A DNA stretch of 64,000 nucleotides from Vitrella brassicaformis CCMP3155 (lineage: Eukaryota; Protista; Chromerida). The stretch spans positions 124,001-188,000 of the forward strand of contig CDMY01000603.1 of assembly GCA_001179505.1 (NCBI GenBank), written 5' to 3'. The notes below the pieces were generated by a model, which was given only the letters and a program-made list of their open reading frames with translations, made no database searches and was not told the origin of the DNA. Of this stretch, positions 50,596 through 62,954 are shown one piece after another. The first letter of the stretch is position 1. Every line of letters starts with the position of its first letter. Both the position numbers and the translations under genes were made by a program.

Positions 50596-53500
50596 TCAGC
50601 AGCTCGCCTGGGTCTTGAGGCTGCCCTTCTTGGCCTTCTTGGCCGGCCGCACCTCCGCAGCCTCAGCCTCACCCGCGGCCACCAACTCGCTCACGTCCAC
50701 CTCCACCGGCACGGCCAATTGGTCGCTCTGCGGCCTCTCTTTCTTTTTCCTTTTTTTGTGCTTGCTGGGGACAGGCAAGGCGGATGCGTCCTCATTGTCA
50801 CCGTCATCATCGGCCTTGTGCTGGTGATATCCCTCCCATCCGTCCCAGTCTTGCGACTCGTCGGCAGCAGCTGCGGCGGCCTTTGCACCTTTCCTCTTCT
50901 TGCGCTTGCGCTTGGCGCCCCTGCGTTTGTATATGCAGGCAATGAACACCCATGATGGCCGTTATTTGCTCCTGTGCTGTCTTGTCTGGCTCGCTGACCC
51001 GTTGTCTTCAGGTAGTTCTGGTGGTTGGATCTCTTCCTCCCAGCCGTCGCCATAGCCACCCCACCCATCGTCCGGCTGCTGCTCGAAAACCTGCTCGTCA
51101 TCCAGCACCGCCTCGCTCTGCCGCTTCCTTTTGTCCTTCTTTTTCTTGGTCTTCTTGCCCACGGCCTCCTGCTGCCCCTCCCCCTCGTCCTCTTGCTCAT
51201 GGATGCCATAATGGTCCGCAATGGCGGGAGGAGGGGGAGGGGCGTCCTCCCCTTCCTCGCCGTCCATGACTCCCGGCAGCATCTTGTCTGAGCTCTCCTG
51301 CATGGCCATGACCGCCTCAGTGTCGGCATCAGCGTGTCCGTCGCAGTCGAGATGGGAGTGGAGGAAGTGCACCTGGGCCGCCGGGGGAGAGCGGGACAGG
51401 TGACTGGACGACAGCATGCCCTGCATCTTTTTCGTCTGGAGCTTCCTCTGAGAATAGCAGACAAAGACAGACAGCACACACGGCATCGCACTGAGTGAGT
51501 GAGTGAGTGAGTGTGGGAATGTGCGCGGCTCCTGTTTTGTATGGCTTACGAGGAAGAACCGTTTGGAGTCGATTTGAGGCCAGAATGGCAGGGCATTCTT
51601 CCAGTCGACTGAGTCCACAGCGGCCCTCCAGGCAGCCTCACCGCCTCCTTCCTTGCCACCTGGGCCCTCCCCCGTCTCCTCCGCACCTTGATCATCTTCC
51701 TCAAACGTCAGAATCTCGGGCCCCTGGCCGCACGCCGTGAAATAGCTGCTCAGGTAACGAAGCAACTGACGAAACAACAACTGACAGACAGACAGACAGA
51801 CAGACAGAGGACCGACAAGGTGATCAATCCGTCGCCGAGTGAGTGTGGTGGTTCGTTGCCGCTGGTTCACCGACCATTCTGAAGCCCTCCGGCATCTTCC
51901 TGCGCGCCCTTCTTTTCCGGAGGGGCGTCACCGATGTGCCGTTGGGCTGGTTCTCGGGGGCGAAGGCCTGCTTGCGGCGATACAGACGGTTGTAGACCAG
52001 CCGGACCTGGCTTGTGGACAAGATGGGGGCTTCTCGCGGGGCCTCTCCCTCTTCTTGGGCCTCATCTCGACTGAGCTGCGCGAGCTGCTGGTTGAAGTTG
52101 TTGGTGACGCTGAGCCACTTGATGTCCGCACACAGGGGCAGTTGCAGCTCGTATCCAGTCTCAGACCTGATATGAAGACGCACAGACGCCGACAGACAGA
52201 GAGTGCACCTGTAGATTCCCCATTCCCCTGTGCGTGTGCCGACTTGACTCACTGTATGACGGAGAGCAGCAATTCCTCCTCGCTGGGCGACAGCAGCCGC
52301 TCAGACGAGCGGCGCCGCCTGCGGCCTTTGCCGGCCTCAGCCGTCTCTTGCTCTCCTTCCCCGTCGCCCTCCCCCTCTTGCGGCCCTTCGTGCTCTTCCT
52401 GCTGCTGCTGCTGCTGCTTGTCGCGCCTGTCCTTCCTCTTGCTCTTCTTAGGTCTGGCCGGGGGCGATACCCCGAGGATAGCAAGAGGGACAAATGCAGC
52501 GTCGTCATGGTTTGCCTGCTCTTCCTGCTTGGCGGCAAAGTATGCTGGCTGGAGCTCCCTGAACTTGTCCCGGACTGCGTCGGGGGTGCGATTGAGCTCC
52601 GACGCCAGGCCCTGGAGGACACATACATTACATAGGCGACACACACAGATCCATGACATGACTCGCCCATGGGTGTGAGTGATGCGCATGTGGTGCGTGT
52701 GCTTAGTGACGCACCTTCCAGTCCCTCTGGTATTTCCGCTGGAGGGAGAGCAAACTCGACACCTCGTCGGCACTCCACCGACCTGCACACAAATGGGCGC
52801 ACATGATGCCAACGCAGAGAGAGGGATTCATCTGTGCTGGCGTGTGGAAGTGTCGGCGTTTTCGTTGTCCACTTGCCCTTTTTGATGCTGGGATTAGCTT
52901 TCTGCAGCATCCTCACAGCACGATTGCGCACCGAATGGGTCGTCCGGTGGGGAAAGTGACCGGCTGCATTTATTGCATCCAGACAGACAGACAACGAACG
53001 GGAGAGTGAGTGCTGGCCTTTGGAGGTTGTGTGTGCATTCCCGTCCCGTTGGCCCACCGACCCACCGACCCAGCTTGAGGAAGATGTTGGGCCCCTCGTC
53101 GAGCCGTTCATCAGCCTGCTCATTGTCCGCATCGCCCTTGACCTTTTTCTTGATGCTCTGCAAGGTCGACGTCACGAAATCGGCCCACGCCATCTGCTGC
53201 CTCTGCACAGAGCAGTGTGTAGTGTACACACATTGAGACCAGTAGGGTGTGTCTTTCTCGCGTAAACAAGTACAAGAACGTTCAGACCCACCTCTGCCTG
53301 TGCCTTGAACAGCCGCATCATGAAGGCCTCCTCATTCGCCGAAAACTTGCCCTGATGGCGCACATGACATGACACACATCGCATCCACGAGCTGCACGGC
53401 ATGCATACGTGCTGCTTCTTCCATCTTCGTCAGATCATCCCGTCCAGTCAGTCGGTACCTCCCTACCCTGTAGAAAGTCGCTTCGCTCTTTTTGTGATCA

Positions 53501-53777
53501 TACCACTCCCTCTCCACGGGGTTGTCCTCCACCACAAACTGCACAGGATCCACACACGTCACCTGAGGAGCTACAAGCTGCAGAGATAGACACGCGACAC
53601 ACACACAGACAGACAGACAGACACAGACCGGTCGTCGGAAGCTTTCAATGGGTGTTGCTGTGTTCTTACGTCTTCGCGAGTCAGTTTCTTGGTGCCTTTC
53701 TTGCCCTTCTCCAGCAGCTGGAGAGCGCCGTCTGTGCCTCCTGCCGCCTCGGATAGGTGGCGGGAAGACGATGACAT
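50596..53777 (-). CDS. Myb/SANT-repeat DNA-binding protein (Reb1/TTF1/DMTF1-like), multi-exon
   Basis: GKFSANEE, FPHRTTHSVRNRAVR, IKKGKWT, LASELNRTPDAVRDKFREL, IKWLSVT and SVDWKNA motifs. Lysine-rich, nucleolar-type C-terminus. Confidence 0.65.
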
Positions 53778-54095
53778 CGATGAAGAAGCTAAGCACTGTC
53801 GTGTGATTCGATTCGAGGTTTTTTAGGAAGGGAAGCGCTCAGAGAGATGTCAAAGCGTGAGGGAATGCGAGCTCCTGTTAGCGAACATCGTGGCCGCCCA
53901 GGTTATATGGACTGTGTGGACGTCTTGCCATAAGCGAGCGCTAATTGTGATGAGAGTCACATGACGTGCAGCAAAGAAGCATGCATGCACTCGCCGCCCT
54001 GCAGTGCGGCTCGCTTCGTCCGAATGAATGCCTTGTGTGTTCGTGAGGACGCTCGAATGAATGACTGACTTGCCGCCCCAACTAATCACACGTCT

Positions 54096-54193
54096 CCCAT
54101 CCATCCCATCCCATCCCATTCCCATCCCATTCCCATCCCATTCCCATCCCATTCCCATCCCATTCCCATCCCATTCCCATCCCATTCCCATCC
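54096..54193 (-). repeat. Tandem (CCCATTCCCAT)x7 plus CCCAT units; G-quadruplex-type on the minus strand
   Basis: Seven exact 11-mers at 54115-54191. The minus strand reads (GGGAATGGGAT)n. Confidence 0.9.
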
Positions 54194-54223
54194 ATCTATC
54201 TACCCATCTATCTATCGGTGGTA

Positions 54224-55466
54224 TCACTCGCTGTCCTGCAGCTCGGCCGCCTTGTCCTTCTTCTTTTTCTTCTTGGCGCCCTTCGGCAATTCCTCCTACA
54301 CACACACACACGCACACAGGTTGAATGCAGTCAGTCATGTCCATCGGTCCGTCCCTCCTTTTCTTCTGTGTGTACCCACCGCGTCGTTGTTGAGTCCGTT
54401 GAGCTGTGCTGTGTGTAGCGGCTTCATGAATTGCGACTGCAGCCCTCCGCCCTTCTTAAAGGCACCGTCCTCACGCAACTTCTTGAACAGCTTGAGCGTC
54501 TCGTGGAACCGGCTCCCGCTCAACACACCATACTCGATGCAGTACCTGCAGGCGCCATACGCAGGCAACACACACACACACACACACGGGAATGTCCGTC
54601 TCTCTGTGGACAGCCAGGTTGGTGGGCTTCTGAGGATTGCAGCGTACTTGATGGCTATGAGGCTGGTGGGGTTCTCATCCAGCAGCGACTGGTAAAACGC
54701 ACGTGTGCCGTCACCCTGAACATACACACAACACAGACAGACAGACAGACATGCACACATATATCTACATGTGCGCCAGCCGCTGTCGGTTCTCTTCTTG
54801 CATGTGTGTGTACGTACGTTTGGTGGCGTGATGTTCTTCTGTCCCTCTTTGAACGTCCGCCGCGCATCCCTGGGGTCGATGGCTGGCTCCTCGTCCTCCT
54901 CGTTGTTGTCATTGTCGCCGTCCTCACTGCCCTGCGCCTTCTTCTTCCTCCCCTTCGCCCCTCCCCCGCCCCCTCCCCTCTTGGCCGCCGCCTTGCCCCG
55001 CGGCGCACCCGCAGCCGCCTTGGGCTTGCTGGCCTTCTTGGCCTTCGGGGACACCTCGTCAGACACCTCCTTCTTGTTCTTCTTGGGCGGCATCAGCGGC
55101 TGCTCGTCGTCGTCGTCGTCGTCCTCGAACACCGCTGCTGCCACTGCCTGCACACGCGTCACAACACAGGCAGAGAAAGATAGACCTCGGTTGAAGCATC
55201 TGTTGGGTTCGTGTATCTCTTCGTCTCCCCTTCCGTGGTCTCTGTGCTCGTCATACCTTGGGCGCCGCGTTCTTGGCAGGTTTGTCGTCCTTGCCGTTGT
55301 CAGCGGGCGCCTCCCGTGGCTTGGCTGCCGCAGCAGCCGATGCGAACGCTGGTGGAGGAGGGGGAGGCTGGCGGCTTGGCGGTGGTGCGTCATCATCTTC
55401 GTCCTCGGAGTCGAAGATGCGGCGGCGCTTCCTCTTGCCGATGTCCTCGTCCTCACTGTCAGACAT
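54224..55466 (-). CDS. Small conserved uncharacterised protein, acidic/Lys-rich N-terminus
   Basis: Five exons. Core FKEGQKNITPPNGDGTRAFYQSLLDENPTSLIAIKYCIEYGVL resembles a conserved eukaryotic GQK...P...FY.SL...P.S motif. Ends AAELQDSE*. Confidence 0.7.
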
Positions 55467-55679
55467 GATTCAAGCTGCAGCGGTTTCAGAGAGCGCGAAG
55501 CTGCCCTTGCGAGCTTGCGATTGCATTCTCATCGTTTCCCTTCGCCCCCCCTCGGCCCGCCATGAGGCTGGATCTCCCCTCTCATGCTGAACGAGTCATG
55601 CTGAATGCGTGAACGGTGACCTGTCCCTGATTCCATCGCCACGGCAGGGCCCCACAACTCCTAAGACTTGACCTCTACA

Positions 55680-58600
55680 ATGGCCTCACGTGAGCGGCTG
55701 GAGCGTCTGTTTAGCGGCGGTGAGCGGCGGCTGGAGGTTCCTGGCATATTTGACACTGGATCGTCACCTGACACGTCAAGAGAGGCGACTCCAATGGGGC
55801 GAAGGGCCTCGACCCCGGCGCTGCCGAGGTTGCCCCGTGAGGACGAGGCCATGATGTTTGAACGCCTGGGTGAGCTGCTGAATGAGTCGTCCGCCTCCAA
55901 CCTTAGGATTCGCGCCCTTGAAGAAAAGCTCGAGGAAGCAGAGGCGTCCAAAGAGGAGATGAAACTCAACCTTCGAGACGTGAGGAAGTTACGGGTCACA
56001 GAGTCAGTTCTGTATGCTGGTTTGTGTGTCCTCTGCAGCTTTCGGAAGAGCTGGCGGCTGTGCGTCGGCAGAAAGACTCACTTGAGCGATTCCTCACGCG
56101 CATCAAGGTGCACAAAGTAACGCAAGTATTCTTAGCGATGTTAATGTTCTGTCGTCAGGTTATTGACCCTGGCGAATCACACACGCGTCGCTCGAGCAAG
56201 GCTACGACTTCAGCAGCTCGCCGCGTATCGGTCATGCCTTACCACCTAGCAGGGGCGCCGCAAAGCAAAGATGGACGACTAAGCGTCGAGGAAGTCAGTC
56301 CAACAACAGGAGCTGTGCGAAGGCTGTCCTTACTGCCGCCCCAGCAGGCGTCGATACCCAAGCCCTTGGCGCCAGCAGTCGAGGCTGCCCCCCAGCCGCT
56401 CGAAGTACCCGAGCGGACTGAGGAGGCGCCTGCTGCTATCCCCGCCCCCGAGGAGCCGCCGAGAGAGGTGGAAGGACGGGAGGGAGAGGCTGTGCTTGAG
56501 CTGGAGATCAAACCAGAGGAGCATGAGGAAGAAGCATCCGAAGCAGGTAAGAAATGGCACACCCTAAAGCTGGCCGCATGAGAGGTGCGCTGTGGTGACC
56601 GTGTGCCATCTAGGAGAGGGCGAAGAGTGGCAGGTCGAAAGCAGGAGGCTGTCGGTAGCGTCGAGCACTGGCAGACTAGACTTTGAGTCCTTCAAAGGTG
56701 CAGACAGATACTCATGTTATAAAAAGCACCCCCATCCATGCATTTTCTCGCCTGTCATGCCCCACTCAGAATCGATGGACACGCTGACAGCGGAGTGCAA
56801 GTAATGTCTGGGCAGAAAGGCGAGCGGATGCTTTACTTGTGTCTCACCTGTTGATATATCGTGCCCTGCTGCAGGATGCTGCTCGATAGCAACGACAGCC
56901 TCTTCAAAGAGAGGCAGGATCTCAGCAAAATCGTTGCATACCTGCAGACAAGTAGGCGACACCCACTTATGGCTGCCCTGCCTCTCTCCCTCCCTTCCTT
57001 GCTTATCTTGTGCCGTGTCCCTTCAGCTCGTGAGCTTCTTCTGGAGAAAATCAGGATCGCCACGCTCAAGAATCAGGGCCTGTCGAAAAAGTGCGACATT
57101 CTGACGCAGAAGCTGATTGCTTGTGAGAGCGATGTCGTCGACAAGACCGGCGAGCGGCCGAGATACCTGAAACTCGAAGAGACAGAGATCGAGGCCATCA
57201 GGCAGGCGATGGGACTTCAGGTTCCCTCTACTCTCGTCCGGGGGGTGCTTGGCGGTGAGAGAGCGGAGGAGACGCACCCCCTGCACACCGCCCACAACGA
57301 CATCAAGCGACTCAAGAAGGTCGTGCACGAGCAGAAGGAGCAGCTCAAGTCGCAGCGGAGTGAGCTGGAGGAGTTGCGAGAGAAATACGAGAAGAAGAGA
57401 GCAATGGAGAGCATCCTCTGCGCCCGGATTGCCAAGCTAAAGGCCGAGACTCTGACGGCACAGAGGATCGCCGTGGAGGCCACAGAACAAGTCAAGACAG
57501 TGCAGGTGCGCAAAGACAATGTGACCATGCACACTGACCGCGCGCGCACGTTCTGTCGTCTCTGCGAATGTGTGCCTGCAGCCTGCCCTTGAGATGGCCG
57601 CCACCAAGGGCCGAGAGTACCACAGGCGGTCGATTGCCGTCTTGGACCACTCGCGAGGGCTGGAGAATCGACTGACGGAGCTGGAGGAAAAGGTGGAGAC
57701 GTTTGCCGAGGAGGAGGCAAACTACAAGAAACAAATCGAACAGCTCAAGAGCGTACTGTCCACGGTCAGTGAGCAAACGAAGGAGGAAACAATTGGTGAC
57801 GCGCCGATCGGCCACTTTGCGGATTTATTGACGCCAGGTTGAGGACGAGAGGGGAAGGCTGCAGCAGGAAATGGATAAAATGGTCAACGAAATATCACCA
57901 ATGAGGGTCAGCGAAAAAGGCACACGATGGGCACCCGCAAATATCTATCTGATGGTCATATCTTGCTTGTCACAGGCGCGGAAAGATGCGGAAATCTGGC
58001 GGTTGAAGGCCAGGGTCAAATCCATGGAGGTAAAGCGGCAGTCGGAAGTTGAGAGGTACACGGCCCCGGCATCGCCCGTCACGCCAAAGCAGATGGATAT
58101 GATCAGGAAAAGCCTCAGCTTCATCACTGCATCATGCACGTACGTATAGGCGAGCGGAACAAGGCACGTAACATGTGGATCGCCTACAGAGAAATCCATG
58201 TGTGTGTTGTCTCGCAGTGAGATGGCCCGGAGGCAGAGGGTGTCGACGCGGGAGGCGCTGGCCGTCGAAGAGGCCGCCAAGGAAATGGAAGACAAAATGA
58301 TACAGTGTGAGGATTCACAGGTGCATTGCGCAGCTGCTTGAATGGGCATAGTGACGCCTTGGGGCTCTGTCGCTTTGTCATTGCAGGTGAAGTTGAGGTG
58401 GGCGAGGCCGAACTGCAGACCATTGAGATTGAAAAGAAGATCGACAGACTTGTTGAAGAATACCGCGTAAGCAAACAGCCAGTCAAATAAACAAACAAAC
58501 AAACAAACGAAGAAGAGAAAGAAGGAAGGAAGGAAAGAAACGAAGAAGGCAGATGAACTTTTCATGTCTCTCTTGCGGTCTGTCTGATGCGCACATGGTT

Positions 58601-59751
58601 CCTGCAGGAGTCAGAGGAGCAGCTGGAGCAGTCCAAGAGGCGCTTGAGTGACGCCTCCGACAAGATGAAAGTCGTGTACAAGCGCACATCGAGGGACTCT
58701 GTCGAAATGCAGGGGCTGATCCGCATGATCGAGGAGACACCAGAGACACCAGAATTGGAACCTATCGAGCGAAGGCCCGTCCGCCAAGAGATACAGGAGT
58801 GTTTGGCCCACCTTCAATCGACCAAGCCTCTTGAGCAGCAGGACATCGAAATCGAGAGGCGGCAAACGGCAGACCTCTCACCGCAACAACGAGCCAAAGG
58901 CAAGCCCAGCAAATCCCCGAAGCGGCAGCCCGAAGGCAGGGGCCCCAAGGGAGCCGTCGGCAAGAAGAAAGCCGCCATGCCGGAGGCGCCGGCTACACGG
59001 GGCAAGACGGCACCACCTGATGTGAGAATCAGGCGCTCTGGCAGCGACATTTGGGTGCCGCCCGGATCTTTCCGGGCGCCCATACTGCACCAGGTGGCTG
59101 GCCAGGTACGTGTCTTGAATTATGTAATGAAGGCAACTACTATGCGATCTGTGTTTGTCGCACGTGCAGGGTGTGGTGGATGCATCCTTCGGGAGCAGGA
59201 TTCCCTTTCCGCGCAGCCCGACTGCGCCCCTCGTCGACAGCAGCAAGGTGGCGCCGAAGAAACCGACATTACCTTCAGCTCACCAGCCGGGACTCAAGGC
59301 ACCATTACCCGCTTTCAGTAGCCGCACCTTCGTCCGTCCACCGCTGGCAGAGCCACACCCTAAAGCGCCGTGCACGATATGCTTTGGTCCGCAAGGGGAG
59401 CAGGATGACATCGACCAATCGGATGATGGCAGGATGGCCGACATCGGGGCGGAGCCGATGCATGTCCTTTTGCCGAGTGTGTCCTCGTCGACGCTATTTC
59501 CCACCTCCGGGACGCTACGCCGGGGCATGCCACCGCTAGGTCCTCGCAAGAGGTCGCTGTCTGCTGGCGCCAGCTGTCCTATCAGCAACTGTCGCGGCGA
59601 CAACAGGGCGGCAGACGGCGGCAGAGCGAAGGCTGTTCAACTCCCGCTTCCTCTTCAGAATGGGCTTCGGGAGCAGCAGACGAGCTTCCCCACAGTAAAT
59701 CAGCACATCAACAGACGAGCTGATTCAAATGCATGGTGGGCTGCGTGTTGA
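55680..59751 (+). CDS. Hypothetical coiled-coil protein, multi-exon
   Basis: Heptad-rich exons (LRIRALEEKLEEAEASKEEM; DIKRLKKVVHEQKEQLKSQRSELEEL; LENRLTELEEKV) with GT-AG borders. Confidence 0.7.
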
Positions 59752-60604
59752 TGTATGCGCTGATCAATGATGGATCAGGACAGGAGCACTTTGGGTGACA
59801 CTCGGTGCTGCATATCTATGAGTCCTCGGAAGAATGAGGCTCCGTCGTCAGCAACGCGACCCCCTACCACCACCACTCAATGGCTTCGTCCTACCGAATC
59901 GCCTGCTACGCTACCACCACATGTATTATGGACAAACACGCGAAGATCATTTTGCGATTTACCTCTTGTAATATGTCTTGCGATGTTTTGTCTGGCTCCC
60001 TGCCCGCAGGTCTGTGTTCGTCCGCCTGCCAATGTCATATCACGTCGCATGTTCACGCTGGCGACTTATCGGTCGTTTCCTGTCTTACCAGGTCCGAACG
60101 CGGAGCAGAACAGACCAAAGATATTGGAGACAATAAAGACACTTCCTTTTTGCTTTTCAGGTCGGCCTCGTGGTGGACCAGGTCAGTCACATGTCATGTA
60201 CGCAAAGTTATTGTGATGGATGCATCAATTGTGTGATTTGGTGTCTCAGACGTCCGTGCCGTCCATCCGACGCTAGGCTATCATCGTGCCTTCGACTGGA
60301 CAAGCATCACGCCTCACTGTGCACCGTCACATCAACCTAAAGCGGTGCTGGCCTACGCTTCGCCTCGCATTTCCTCTCCGCTCCCGCCCTGTGGGAGTCT
60401 GTAGATTCTCCGGCACTGCGTCTTTTGCTTGGCTTTGGCCTTGATCAGAGCTGTATATCAATTGCAAAATGTGTTCTGAGTCGTGAATCATCATTGACTA
60501 TCGACAAATAGGTCCATTCAATTGTGTGTCTATTGAGTGAAGCTAACGCATCGTTCCGAACACTTCACCGGTTGCAAATTGAAGCCATTTGAGTCAGCCA
60601 TGTT

Positions 60605-61203
60605 CACGACAAGGCAAGGTCTGGGCGAAAAGCTGGATGGCGAGCTCAAAAGCTAGCGATCTGCCGGAGAAGATAGCTTTCGCCGCAGAAAGCCATCTGC
60701 CGCTGCAGAAATACACCTCTCCACTCAAAAAGACAGCTTTCTATTGCAGAAAGCCAGATGGTCCATCAAAAAGACAGCTTTCTGTACAGAAAGTCAGCTT
60801 TCCGTACAGAAAGACAGCTTTCTGCCACAGAAAGACAGCTTTCTGCACAGAAAGACAGCTCGCTGAGGCAGAAAGACAGCTTTCTGGCGGGCGTGACATC
60901 TTTCCGGCGGGCGTGACAGCTTTCCGGCGGGCGTGACATCTTTCCGATGGGCGTGACAGCTTTCCGATCGGCGTGACAGCACGCTGCCTCTCGTGGCACC
61001 AGCTGCTTCAATGCACCACACTCACACGCACACAGACACACATTGAGGCGTCAACTGGCCATGGAGGGTCTCTGCAAGCCCTCCATTCACATGATCCATC
61101 CATGGCCAACCAACACACACGGGTGGGGGACGCACTCATTCACACACACACACACACACACAGACAGTCACTCAGACAGTCACTCACTCAGACACCCACA
61201 CGC
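60605..61203 (+). repeat. Left inverted arm with tandem ~19-20-bp sub-repeats
   Basis: AGAAAGACAGCTTTCTG-type units, then five TTTCCGGCGGGCGTGACA(G/T)C-type units, then a unique segment and (CA)n/(CAGT)n. Confidence 0.9.
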
Positions 61204-62353
61204 ACGTGCAAGCCACTATCTACACTATCTACACACGTCGCGTCTCGTCCGTCTGAGCCGCGGGCGGTACAGTGTGTGTCTCGCACAGGCGGGGCTGCGG
61301 CAGCTCTGAGTCGGGCACCCACAACTCGCACTACGAAAACGAGACGTGAGATAGGACTGTCGTTGTGTGGTGGTGATGGGCTGACCGACCGATGCTGTGT
61401 CGTGAGGCTCTTGCTGCATCCATCGATCCACAGAGACACAGCCATGCATCCACCTCGAGTGCGCGTGTGATTTATTGGCTGGCTTACCCGATGCCGATCG
61501 TGCCGAAGTAAGTCGCCAGACGCTGCACACAAAGACACAAAAACACAAACCATTCTCTTTTGTGTCTCATCCGCACATGGTCCCTCTCTGTCTGCCGGTC
61601 GATGCGCGTCAGCGGCACTCTGATCAGACCGTCAGCAGACACACATGCACTGCAACAGAAGGCGAGTGCATCGATTGACCCAGAGGCGTCAGTCAATCAA
61701 TCAAGCAATACGAATACCTATGACATATGTGTATCCAACAGTGATCGATCAGTCAATCAGTCAATCAGTCGGCCAGCCAGTCGGACAACAAAGCCGAGAG
61801 AGAAAGAAAGAGAGATTTCAAACTCCACCCCTTTGCTCAAGAGGTAATTCGCTCCACAAAAGCAGGACAGGCACAAAACAGTCACAAACAATAAACACCA
61901 CAAGCGCCATGAATGCCACAAAAAGAGAGCATTCAGTCATACAAACAAAACCTATGTGTGTGTCTGTCTGCCTGTCTGTCTGCATTTGGTTGTTCATGCC
62001 GACCGAGGCCGCGTCTGAGTTCGTGCGTATCGCTGATGGCATGCAATTGAATCGTCAGACCACAGTCAGCGAGACACGAAAAGCGTACTTCCACTCATGC
62101 ATGGATGGATGGGCGGATGCGTCTGTGTGCCGATCAGACCAGCTGTTTCCACTGACCGAGAAGGTGAAGTCTACATGCCATCGCACTTCTTGCAAAGGAA
62201 CTTGCACATCACAATAAGTGCAGCCATTCAAAATGTCGTGAGTTGAGAAGAGAGCGTGCATGGTCAGAGAGCTCTCAGGTTGTCGCTGCCACATCGCATC
62301 GTCCCACCCCTGTTGCCCACTGTGTATTATCGCGACAGGGTGTGGGCGTGTGG

Positions 62354-62908
62354 GCGTGTGGGTGTCTGAGTGAGTGACTGTCTGAGTGACTGTCTGTGTG
62401 TGTGTGTGTGTGAATGAGTGCGTCCCCCACCCGTGTGTGTTGGTTGGCCATGGATGGATCATGTGAATGGAGGGCTTGCAGAGACCCTCCATGGCCAGTT
62501 GACGCCTCAATGTGTGTCTGTGTGCGTGTGAGTGTGGTGCATTGAAGCAGCTGGTGCCACGAGAGGCAGCGTGCTGTCACGCCGATCGGAAAGATGCCAC
62601 GCCCATCGGAAAGATGTCACGCCCGCCGGAAAGCTGCCACGCCCGCCGGAAAGATGTCACGCCCGCCGGAAAGCTGTCTTTCTGCCTCAGCGAGCTGTCT
62701 TTCTGTGCGGAAAGCTGTCTTTCTGTGGCAGAAAGCTGTCTTTTTGATGGACCATCTGGCTTTCTGCAATGGGAAGCTGTCTTTTTGAGTGGAGAGGTGT
62801 ATTTCTGCAGCGGCAGATGGCTTTTTGCGGCGAAAGCTATCTTCTCCGGCAGATCGCTAGCTTTTGAGCTCGCCATCCAGCTTTTCGCCCAGACCTTGCC
62901 TTGTCGTG
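62354..62908 (-). repeat. Right inverted arm
   Basis: Mirror image of the left arm, ending CCTTGCCTTGTCGTG. Confidence 0.9.
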
Positions 62909-62954
62909 TCGAATTGCATTCAGGGTCTATCCATTTGTGATCGGATAGAAACAA

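Larger units (their letters stand above)
60605..62908. mobile_element. Non-autonomous foldback-type DNA element with long modular TIRs and CAC...GTG termini
   Basis: 60605-61203 is the reverse complement of 62354-62908 (about 8 substitutions by eye, two extra ~20-bp units on the left). The ~1.15-kb spacer has no coding capacity. No clear TSD. Confidence 0.75.

Noticed and set aside
60605-60633. RAG RSS-like heptamer/nonamer at the element ends
   Set aside because: Only the CAC matches. There is no convincing ACAAAAACC nonamer and no 12/23 asymmetry.
60761-60971. CRISPR-like array in the TIR sub-repeats
   Set aside because: The units are contiguous tandem repeats with no unique spacers, there are no cas genes, and the context is eukaryotic.
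60585-62937. CCATTTG direct repeat as a target-site duplication
   Set aside because: The copies are 13 and 22 bp away from the inverted-repeat termini. The immediate flanks (TGTT| versus |TCGA) do not match.
60589-62954. ORFs in and around the inverted arms (MSQPCSRQG..., MCLCACECG...)
   Set aside because: They are mirror-image translations of tandem repeats with no transposase motifs.
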